From: Gemmatimonadota bacterium
GTDB taxonomy: Bacteria; Gemmatimonadota; Gemmatimonadetes; Gemmatimonadales; Gemmatimonadaceae
DNA: 64,000 nucleotides
Reading direction: 5' to 3'
Assembly (NCBI GenBank): GCA_031372565.1
Contig: JANMLN010000054.1
Location: 13,492 to 77,491, forward strand
Positions 56,977 through 64,000 of the stretch are shown one piece after another. The position numbers were made by a program, and so were the translations under genes. The notes beneath the pieces are model-generated. The model had not been told where the DNA came from, searched no databases, and saw only the letters and a program-made list of their open reading frames with translations. The first letter of the stretch is position 1; each line of letters starts with the position of its first letter.

Positions 56977-57028
56977 TTGCCTGCTCCCCCAAGATGAACG
57001 ACATGCACATCAGATCGCCCGACACCGA

Positions 57029-57913
57029 CTAGTGCGCAGCCCCCCGGCGGGCGAACGCCGCCGACGAGTCGACGTACGCCCGGTACCCCTCGGGATCGAT
57101 GAACGGTTGCACCGGATCCTTTGCGGCCGCGCTGGCAACAAACTTGCGATAGCGACCCCACGCTCGCGCATGGTTCGTGACCCAGATGTCGGCGGGGAGA
57201 CTGTGCAGCACGTCCACGCTGCGCTCGATATCGGCTCGTTGTTCCGCGTATCGCATCCCGAGCATCGGTTCCACGCTGCACGCGCTCACGACATTGAGCT
57301 CCCGATCACCATCACGAACGGGGAACGACCACGACGTGCACCCGCGCGTGTGGCCGCCGGTCACATGCGCCGTGAGTGCGAGCGGCCCGACCCGCACGGC
57401 ATCACCGTCCTTGAAGGTGTGGACGACCGGAACCGCCGGGTAGCCCACGAGGCCGAGCCGCACGAGGGCGCGCAAGGGCCAGGTCATGTCGGGATCATCG
57501 CCGCCCGTCGACAGGGAGTAGGCGCTCGGCGCGCTCGCCCAGATCTCCGCACCGGACGCTTGCTGCAGCACCCCCAGCCCGCCGCCGTGGTCGGGATGCG
57601 GCTCCGAGTTCACGAGCACTTTCACATCCGTGATCTTGAAGCCGAGCTTGGCGATGCTTCCCATGATCATCCGGGCGGTGCTCGGGTAGCCACCGTCGAG
57701 CACGATGTGACCCGCGGGCCCGGTGATCAGGAAGGCTGACGCGTCGTTCGCGCCGACGTAGTACAGATTGCCCGCGATGCGGAACGGTTCGGCCGGTTGC
57801 TGCCCGCCGATCTTCGTCGCATTCAGCGATCGGCCAACGAGGACGAGCGTCAGCGCACACGCGAGCGTGATCAGCGCCGCCAGTCGGAGTCGCTTGGCGA
57901 TGTGCGGTTTCAT
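57029..57913 (-). CDS. Subclass B3-like metallo-beta-lactamase fold protein with ExHxDH active-site variant
   Basis: Signal/anchor LAALITLACALTLVLVG. FRIAGNLYYVGANDASAFLI, VLVNSEPHPDHGGGL (57587..57604 encode E-P-H-P-D-H), LTAHVTGGHTRGCTSW, WVTNHA. Confidence 0.82.
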   Translation of the reverse strand: MKPHIAKRLRLAALITLACALTLVLVGRSLNATKIGGQQPAEPFRIAGNLYYVGANDASAFLITGPAGHIVLDGGYPSTARMIMGSIAKLGFKITDVKVLVNSEPHPDHGGGLGVLQQASGAEIWASAPSAYSLSTGGDDPDMTWPLRALVRLGLVGYPAVPVVHTFKDGDAVRVGPLALTAHVTGGHTRGCTSWSFPVRDGDRELNVVSACSVEPMLGMRYAEQRADIERSVDVLHSLPADIWVTNHARAWGRYRKFVASAAAKDPVQPFIDPEGYRAYVDSSAAFARRGAAH

Positions 57914-57937
57914 GCTTGCAAAGCTCGCTCCCTGCAG

Positions 57938-57957
57938 TCACGTGACGCTACGTGACG
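57938..57957 (-). promoter_or_regulatory. Tandem ACGTGACG boxes upstream of the B3 MBL-like gene
   Basis: ACGTGACG at 57940..57947 and 57950..57957 (10-bp period). The first is embedded in the palindrome TCACGTGA (57938..57945). They lie 27-44 nt upstream of the ATG at 57913. Confidence 0.3.
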
Positions 57958-58034
57958 GTACAGCGCCACGGTTCCGGTGAGCGTACGCCGGTCACCTGAT
58001 GAACGCGCCATCGGGCGTCAGCCCGCCGCGGCAA

Positions 58035-60470
58035 CTAGTACTTCCAGCTGTATCCCACCCGCACCACTTGCGTCTCCAGGTAGTCCGTGCTGACGAGCCG
58101 GAAGTTGCTGCCGCGAATCGTGCGCTCTGCCTGGTTCGTGTTGAACACATCGGTAGCGTTCACGACGATCTCGCCCCGTCCGCGCTGCACGCTCTTCCTC
58201 GCGCCGACATCCAGCGCATAGCGGCTCCCGACCCGTCCTTGCGGGAGGAGGTCGGGGGCGAGGTAGACGTTGGACAGTTGCAGTTGCCACTCGCCGGGCA
58301 GGAACAGGGTCGCGTTCAGCTTGACGTTGCCCGAGGTGAGCTGCTCGCGCGCTGCCGTGTACGTGACCGGCACCGGGTAGAGGTTCACGACCGAGAAGGC
58401 ATCGATCGTGCGGCGATACACGTTGGCGTTGGCATTGAGCTGCACGGTGGCGTTGACCGACTGCTGCCAGACCACTTCGCCCCCCGAGCTCCAACTGCGA
58501 CCTGCGTTCTGGAACACGTTGTACAACAACACGCTCCCCGGAGCCTGCGTGGCGATGCGCGTGATCGTGCCGTCGACGATCCGGTGATACGCCGCGGCAT
58601 ACAGGCTGCCCTTGGCCCAGTTGGCCTTGTAACCCAGCTCCACGGAGGTGGAATACTGCGGCTTGAGCGCCGGGTTGCCGACCTTGATCAGCTCCGGTTC
58701 GTCGTACTTGGGGAAGATGCGGATGTCGACTTCGTTCGGCCGGTCCACGCGCCGGTTGAAGAAGAGCGAGAGCTTGTTGGAGTCGTCGAACTTCCAGGCC
58801 GCGCGCACGTTGGGGAACGGCTGGAAGTAGCGGTAGCCGTCGCTCCTGTACGTGTTGTGGTTGGGGTTGACGTCGTAGTCCAGCTCCACCGCCTCGACGC
58901 GAATCCCCCCTTCGAGTTCGAGCTGTTGGCTCTCGAACACGTAGTTGCCGTAGAGCGCGGGGATGATCTCGCGATACGTGGCCGCGCCCCCCGCCCCGGT
59001 ATCGATCGGCGTGTTCTGCCCCGGGAAGAACTGCATGTTCACCGGGATCGCGCGATACCGTCCCTTGAAACCCCCCTCGAAGCGTCCCTGTGACAGCGGT
59101 CGGACATAGTCGACGTTCAGGTCCACGACATGTTCGTCGGACAGCAGCTTGAACGCATCGCGTCCGACAAAGGCGGGCAGGGTATTGGTGAAGAAGTACT
59201 TCTCGTCCTCGCGATGGAACGAGTAGTTGGACGTGAAGGTGAGCGTGTGCCCTGCCTGGGGAAACTTGTGCACGAGCGCCGCAGTCGCGAACGCGGTGTA
59301 CTTGACCTCGTCCTCGAGGAACTGCCAGAGCCGATAGCGGTTCTGCACCGTCCCGTCGAAGTAGGGATTGTCGCCGTCGTCGAGGATCTTCTCCCGGTTG
59401 AACAGCGCGGACACGCGCAGCGTGTTGCGCTCGTCGAACGCATGGTCCACGCCACCATTGAGCGTGGCGTAGTCGGTGGTCCGGTTGCGCTTGATCTGCT
59501 GCACGATCACCGTGCCGTCGTCGTACGTGCGCGTCGAGAACTCGTTCTTGTTGAGCGTCGGCGCATAGAGCCAGTCGGCCTGCAGGAAGGTGTTGGTCGC
59601 GCCGCTGCGGTAGTTGATCGCGGCCGACGGATTGAACTTGGGCGTGCCGCGGAACTGCTCGCGGATGGTGGGCAGGTTCTCCTTCTTGACCCAGAGCGCG
59701 CCCGCGCCCCCCACGATCCCCAGCCTGCCGTTGAAGCCCTTCTGCTCTTCCTTCTTGAAGATCAGGTTGATGATGCCGGCGCTCGCGTTCGCATCGAACT
59801 TGGCCGACGGATTGTTGATGATCTCGATGCGCTCCAGCGCCGATGCCGGCAGGTTGTCGAGCCCGAGCTGCGAGCCGAAGCCGGTGAGCGCGGTCTGCTT
59901 GCCATCGATGAGGACCACCACCTTGTCGCTGCCGCGCACGAGCACCTTGCCGTCCTGCGCGACCGTCACCCCCGGCACCGTCGACATCGCCTGCAGGACC
60001 GACCCGCCCGCCTGCGTGATGTTGTCGCTGACGGTGAAGGTCTTGCGGTCCATCGCCTCGGCGACGGCCTCGGTCCCACCGGTGATCACGACGCCCGTCA
60101 GCGAGAGGGGCTCCCGCGCCATTGGCAGCGGCCCCAGGTCGAGGAAGGGGCTGAGTTCGCCAATCAGGACGCGCTGGCGAATCGGGCGATAGCCGATCGA
60201 CCGGGCGAAGAGGACATACACCCCCTTCTTGAGCCCCGAGAAGGTGAAAGCGCCCGCCGCATCGGTGAGTCGACCCGTGACAAAGGTGCTGTCCTTCTCG
60301 GTCAGGAGTTGGAGGGAGAGGTACGGGAGTGCGGCCCGTGAGGCGGAGTCGACCAGTTGACCGGAGAGCGTGACGCCGGCGGCGGTGACCTGCGCCGAGA
60401 GGGGCGCGGCGATCGACAGGGCGAGGAGGAGCGACAGGAGGACGCGGTACGGCACGGTTGGGCGGGACAT
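58035..60470 (-). CDS. TonB-dependent receptor / OM beta-barrel family protein with CarboxypepD_reg N-domain
   Basis: The ATG at 60470 gives signal peptide MSRPTVPYRVLLSLLLALSIAAPLSAQ. Plug block VLVRGSDKVVVLIDGKQ...LERIEIINNPSAKFDANASAGIINLIFKK. Canonical aromatic terminus VRVGYSWKY. Confidence 0.9.
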   Translation of the reverse strand: MSRPTVPYRVLLSLLLALSIAAPLSAQVTAAGVTLSGQLVDSASRAALPYLSLQLLTEKDSTFVTGRLTDAAGAFTFSGLKKGVYVLFARSIGYRPIRQRVLIGELSPFLDLGPLPMAREPLSLTGVVITGGTEAVAEAMDRKTFTVSDNITQAGGSVLQAMSTVPGVTVAQDGKVLVRGSDKVVVLIDGKQTALTGFGSQLGLDNLPASALERIEIINNPSAKFDANASAGIINLIFKKEEQKGFNGRLGIVGGAGALWVKKENLPTIREQFRGTPKFNPSAAINYRSGATNTFLQADWLYAPTLNKNEFSTRTYDDGTVIVQQIKRNRTTDYATLNGGVDHAFDERNTLRVSALFNREKILDDGDNPYFDGTVQNRYRLWQFLEDEVKYTAFATAALVHKFPQAGHTLTFTSNYSFHREDEKYFFTNTLPAFVGRDAFKLLSDEHVVDLNVDYVRPLSQGRFEGGFKGRYRAIPVNMQFFPGQNTPIDTGAGGAATYREIIPALYGNYVFESQQLELEGGIRVEAVELDYDVNPNHNTYRSDGYRYFQPFPNVRAAWKFDDSNKLSLFFNRRVDRPNEVDIRIFPKYDEPELIKVGNPALKPQYSTSVELGYKANWAKGSLYAAAYHRIVDGTITRIATQAPGSVLLYNVFQNAGRSWSSGGEVVWQQSVNATVQLNANANVYRRTIDAFSVVNLYPVPVTYTAAREQLTSGNVKLNATLFLPGEWQLQLSNVYLAPDLLPQGRVGSRYALDVGARKSVQRGRGEIVVNATDVFNTNQAERTIRGSNFRLVSTDYLETQVVRVGYSWKY

Positions 60471-60770
60471 GTGGGAGCGTACGGAAGCGGCGTTCAATCT
60501 TACGTAGGGAGAACCCCTTCATGGTGGTCAGGGGGTTGGCGGCGCGTCTCGCGCAGTTCCTTCCTTTTGTGGCGAGCGTATGTGTGAAACATGAGACGGT
60601 TGTGTTGTCGGGTCGCCTCAGCGTGCCGTACGGCCGAACTCAGAAGCGTCCAATCTCGCTCGGAGAAATCAGAAGCGCACGCGAGGAGAGCAGCGGAGTG
60701 AGCAGGACGACCCGAGCGCGCTCCGTGGAATGACTCGGCGCGGCGCGCTACTTGCATCACTTCAAGATGT

Positions 60771-60786
60771 CGAGCGACGTCGCTCG
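60771..60786. promoter_or_regulatory. Perfect 16-bp palindrome upstream of the PEP-CTERM gene
   Basis: CGAGCGACGTCGCTCG, centred about 80 nt upstream of the ATG at 60858. A second inverted repeat GGTCGC-cgac-GCGACC lies at 60811..60826. Confidence 0.35.
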
Positions 60787-60857
60787 TCGAAGCATTCGTT
60801 TCTGATATACGGTCGCCGACGCGACCAATCCCCCGCTGGTCTTGGAGCCCTACCATC

Positions 60858-61664
60858 ATGAAGCTTGCCGCACTCTTCACCGCAGGAGTCCTCTCGTTTG
60901 CCGCTACGACGCTGTCGGCGCAAACGGATGTTTCCCCCGACCTCAGCACCGGAATCGGCAGCTTCTACACCGACCGATACGATCCGGCCCTCTTCGTGGT
61001 CAACAACGGCGTGCAGGGGCGCAACAACGTCCTGCAGATCGCGATCGACCGGACGACCGACCTGGTGAACCGGCCCTCGGGGTACGGGTTCACCTTCTAC
61101 AACACGCAGGGTCGCAAGACCAACGTCAACACGAGCGGCTCGTGGCTGTTCAAGTCGGACCTGTTCGTGTCGTCGAGCTGGAGCACGCCGAGTCTGGGGT
61201 TCGCCCGAACCGACATGTGGGCCACCTCCACCGATGACCCGGCGTTCACCAATCCGTCCGCGTACCCGATCGTCGGTTTCACCAACTACGGTGGCCTCGC
61301 CCGGTTCCGCGGCTACGACATCAACACCGGCAACTGGATCAACTTCTCGAACACCGTGAACTTCGGTGCCTGGAATTCCCTTGAAATGCGCTACGACGCC
61401 AACACGACGTCGCTGAGCTATCTCGTGAACGGTTCCTTGGCTGCCACGCTGAACGACGCCAACGCATCGACCGGCGTCGCCAACGTCATGTACCAGGCCT
61501 ACAACTTCAACGATCCGAACCTCGGCGTGTCGGGCAACGCCGACTACACCGTGAACTGGTCGAACACGGAAGTCGTGCCTGAGCCGTCGACCTACGCGCT
61601 GATGGCAACCGGCCTCTCCTTCGTGGGCGCCCTGCGTCGCCGTCGTCGCGTCGTCGCGAAGTAA
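60858..61664 (+). CDS. PEP-CTERM sorting-domain protein
   Basis: Signal peptide MKLAALFTAGVLSFAATTLSAQ. C-terminal VPEPSTYALMATGLSFVGALRRRRRVVAK (PEP motif, TM helix, Arg cluster). Confidence 0.9.
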   Translation: MKLAALFTAGVLSFAATTLSAQTDVSPDLSTGIGSFYTDRYDPALFVVNNGVQGRNNVLQIAIDRTTDLVNRPSGYGFTFYNTQGRKTNVNTSGSWLFKSDLFVSSSWSTPSLGFARTDMWATSTDDPAFTNPSAYPIVGFTNYGGLARFRGYDINTGNWINFSNTVNFGAWNSLEMRYDANTTSLSYLVNGSLAATLNDANASTGVANVMYQAYNFNDPNLGVSGNADYTVNWSNTEVVPEPSTYALMATGLSFVGALRRRRRVVAK

Positions 61665-61695
61665 GCACGCACGCTGCACCTCGCACGGTACGATC

Positions 61696-61737
61696 ATCGC
61701 CCCTTGGTCTTCGCGACCAGGGGGCGATCCTCGTTTC
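61696..61737 (+). terminator. Rho-independent-type terminator after the PEP-CTERM gene
   Basis: ATCGCCCCTTGGTC-ttcgc-GACCAGGGGGCGAT (14-bp stem with one G-U pair) followed by CCTCGTTTCC. Lies between convergent genes. Confidence 0.6.
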
Positions 61738-61770
61738 CACGTCCGGCCAACCAGCCGCGTCTGCCTTCGA

Positions 61771-62295
61771 TCATCCCGGCTGTTCGCGGCGGTACCCCCA
61801 CCGCCATACGGTGCCAGCGTCAGGGTCCTGAGCCTCGCCAACCAGCTTGAGCCCGACCTTCTCGAGAATGCGTGTCGAGGCGTTCCGCTCCGGCAGCGTC
61901 AGCGCAACAACCTCTCGAACCGCCTCCGAAGAGATCGCTCGCCTCACCAGTTCGGTGGCCATGGCGGTCGCGTAGCCCCGGCCCTCGAACTCAGGAAAGG
62001 TGAAATAGGCGATCTCGACCGCGCCATCCTCCCCCGGACCATGCGCGAACCCGCAGGTACCGACCACCAACGCCAGCTCGCTATCGACCACGAGGTAACC
62101 GCCCCACTCTGGCGCGCGGGGCACGTTGGCGAACAGCGCCAAGGTCTGCGACACCACCTCACGGAGCACCGGCAGGTTCTCGCCAAGGGATGCGCCATAG
62201 GCGCTGGCGAAACTGTCGGACGGTTCCGCGATGATCCGATGCAGCCTCTCGTCGACGTTCAGCAGTCCAACCGATCGCACGCTGTGCCTCATCAC
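61771..62295 (-). CDS. GNAT-family N-acetyltransferase
   Basis: Acetyl-CoA binding-type block FTFPEFEGRGYATAMATELV. 174 aa. The start (GTG 62295 or ATG 62292) overlaps the stop of the patatin gene. Confidence 0.85.
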   Translation of the reverse strand: MMRHSVRSVGLLNVDERLHRIIAEPSDSFASAYGASLGENLPVLREVVSQTLALFANVPRAPEWGGYLVVDSELALVVGTCGFAHGPGEDGAVEIAYFTFPEFEGRGYATAMATELVRRAISSEAVREVVALTLPERNASTRILEKVGLKLVGEAQDPDAGTVWRWGYRREQPG

Positions 62296-64000
62296 GCCAG
62301 AAACTCGCCCAGTTCCGCTTCGCTCAGCTGCGCGACAAGCTCCCGGCCATGGTCGTACCCCTTGCCGGCAATCGCATCGAAGGAGCGCCAGTCCAGCAGG
62401 CTGTAGCGGCTCACATCAGGATTGAAGTACAAGTCCATGTACCGCTTGGTCTCGGTGCGCCGAGCCGAGCTGTACAGGAGCATTGAGTTGATCATGATCG
62501 CGACCAGCGAGGGTACGCGGTACTTCTTCTGATGCTTGGAGCGAAACCGGTCGCGAAGCAGCGACATGGGGCGCGGCATTTCCGTGAAGTTCAACTTGCG
62601 CGGCTTGTCGATCACCAGATCGACGCCGATCACCTTGCCCACGCCCAACCGGCTCATCACGTCGGCTGGAAAATTGTTGAACGTGCCTCCGTCGACCAGG
62701 AGATCATCGCCATCGACCACTGGCGGAAAGACCCCCGGAATCGCCGTGGTCGCCCGCAGGTACTTGATGAGCGGGCCGCGCGTGTGAACGACCTCCCGCG
62801 CTTGCGAGAAGTTGCTCGACACCATGAACAGCGTCCGCCAGCTGTCCTCGATGTCGGGTTCCTCGCGCCCCAGAAACTCCCGGACGGAGTTGCTGATCAT
62901 CTGCTGCATCCGCACCCCGCGAATCAGCGAGACCAGAGGGATCCAGTTGTAGTCCTTGGTCGGGTTGTACAGCGCGCCCTTCTTCATGGTCTGTGCGACG
63001 CGGTCGGCGGGCTTGTCGTACGAGATCGCAGCCGCCACGACGGCACCGATGCTCGTTCCTCCCACATAATCGATCGGGATACCGGCCTCTTCGAGTGCCT
63101 TCAACACGCCGATGTGCGCGAACCCCTTCGCTCCGCCGCCAGCCAGCACCAGCCCGATCGCGTTGCCGCTCAGGATCCGGGCCAGCCGGCCCATGTCGCG
63201 GGCGAGCCCCTGCCGGATGTGATAGTGGGCCTTCATGCCGGGCCGATGCCGCAGCCATGCGGCCGTCCCGTGCGGCGACGCGGTATCGGCCGGGTGCACC
63301 AGCACCAGCACCTCGGCCGCACCCAGCTGCCGCTTCCACGACTGGTATTCCGACTCCAGCTCGCTCAACTCGGGCGATTCGCGGGTGTCGGCGAGGAACA
63401 GGATCTCATCGGCCTGCCGCAAGCACCGGCGCGTCCATTCCGTCATGGTGCGGTCCGCCACGTACACCAGGAACTCGTGCTGCGACTCGATGTCATCCAG
63501 CCAGCGTGTCAGCTCGCGGTACGTCGCGCTGTCGCTCTTCTCGGCTTGCGCCAGCCCTGGACGGCCGCGGGCAGCGTCGACCGACGCGCTCGATGCCACG
63601 TAGATCGCACCCCGCTTGGCGAGGAGCGGCTGCAGTTGCTCCACGAAGTCGGCCAGCGGAATGGTGTCGTGCACCGCGAACAGGCAGATGTTGACCGGCT
63701 TCTTGATCGGCTTGCGCGGATTCTGCGCCGTCTGCAGGCGGTTGATGATGAGCCTGGTGACGTTCATGGCGACACCAGGATACGCCGCAATGACCTCCTC
63801 GAACGTCTCCTTGGACAACCGCACCAGGAGACTGTCCCGGATGGCCACGATGGTGGCACTGCGAGGCGCCTCCGTGAACACCGCCATCTCGCCGACCGTC
63901 TCTCCCCGCACGATCTCCCCGATCACCTTCGGCTGACCATCCGCATCGGTGATGAGCGCCTTCAAGCGGCCACTGATCACGAAGTAGAGCGTGGTGTCGA
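62292..64000 (-). CDS. Patatin-like phospholipase with N-terminal cyclic-nucleotide-binding domain (5' end outside window)
   Basis: The frame is open to the window end (…TTLYFVISGRLKAL). cNMP-binding end GETVGEMAVFTEAPRSATIVAIRDS. Patatin motifs VLAGGGAKGFAHIGVLKALEE, GGTSIGA (GxSxG), LLVDGG (catalytic Asp). Confidence 0.9.
   Translation of the reverse strand, partial: DTTLYFVISGRLKALITDADGQPKVIGEIVRGETVGEMAVFTEAPRSATIVAIRDSLLVRLSKETFEEVIAAYPGVAMNVTRLIINRLQTAQNPRKPIKKPVNICLFAVHDTIPLADFVEQLQPLLAKRGAIYVASSASVDAARGRPGLAQAEKSDSATYRELTRWLDDIESQHEFLVYVADRTMTEWTRRCLRQADEILFLADTRESPELSELESEYQSWKRQLGAAEVLVLVHPADTASPHGTAAWLRHRPGMKAHYHIRQGLARDMGRLARILSGNAIGLVLAGGGAKGFAHIGVLKALEEAGIPIDYVGGTSIGAVVAAAISYDKPADRVAQTMKKGALYNPTKDYNWIPLVSLIRGVRMQQMISNSVREFLGREEPDIEDSWRTLFMVSSNFSQAREVVHTRGPLIKYLRATTAIPGVFPPVVDGDDLLVDGGTFNNFPADVMSRLGVGKVIGVDLVIDKPRKLNFTEMPRPMSLLRDRFRSKHQKKYRVPSLVAIMINSMLLYSSARRTETKRYMDLYFNPDVSRYSLLDWRSFDAIAGKGYDHGRELVAQLSEAELGEFLA

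Noticed and set aside
58018-60522. 834-aa ORF on the same strand as the TonB-dependent receptor but in another frame
   Set aside because: The 58035..60470 frame has a signal peptide, plug motifs and a canonical aromatic C-terminus. The alternative frame is Arg/Gly/Pro-rich nonsense.
60471-60600. Possible cobalamin or TPP riboswitch in the leader of the TonB-dependent receptor
   Set aside because: I could not find a B12-box-like or TPP (CUGAGA-type) core by eye. Only generic hairpins are present, so no riboswitch is called. A covariance-model scan would be decisive.
62292-64000. Patatin phospholipase considered as a CBASS-type (CapV-like) effector
   Set aside because: No CD-NTase/cyclase or other CBASS components are adjacent. 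The protein carries a classical cNMP-binding domain typical of NTE/RssA-like housekeeping lipases.

Overview
Very GC-rich chromosomal segment (by eye roughly two-thirds to 70% G+C, not computed). Its gene content looks like a Gemmatimonadota-type soil bacterium; this is an inference from several CarboxypepD_reg/TonB-type outer-membrane proteins, Hanks kinases fused to PD40 or TPR domains, and a PEP-CTERM protein. I can support about 45 protein-coding genes. They are mostly housekeeping or envelope functions: katG, ppc, a korAB-type 2-oxoacid:ferredoxin oxidoreductase with a GltD-ferredoxin fusion gene, a 2789-aa cyclic beta-1,2-glucan synthase, two TonB-dependent-receptor-like OMPs, two Ser/Thr kinases, a vapBC pair, an ECF sigma/anti-sigma operon, an M48 protease, MBL-fold hydrolases, and a cNMP-binding patatin. 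Several genes are joined by ATGA/GTGA 4-nt stop/start overlaps (3262-3265, 5533-5536, 37531-37534, 39327-39330, 43869-43872, 62292-62295). I found no rRNA, tRNA, CRISPR array, transposase or integrase. The many long Arg/Ala/Pro-rich ORFs antisense to, or out of frame with, recognised genes are treated as high-GC artefacts. Candidates for something undescribed, in my order of interest: (1) the minus-strand ECF sigma operon (7101->2177), where the anti-sigma factor and a predicted outer-membrane beta-rich protein both end in CBM48/AMPK-beta-like domains; (2) a 1280-aa TonB-receptor-like protein with internal and terminal RGGFGGPGGG glycine tracts and a C-terminal LTXXQ/Spy-like helical extension instead of a terminal beta-signal; (3) a B3 metallo-beta-lactamase-like protein with ExHxDH in place of HxHxDH; (4) the glucan synthase followed by two translationally coupled lipoprotein genes and no ChvA/NdvA-type exporter; (5) orphan gene fragments (a kinase core, a Rossmann-less SDR, and two stand-alone copies of a C-terminal module). 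All functional calls rest on motif recognition by eye; no database search was run.
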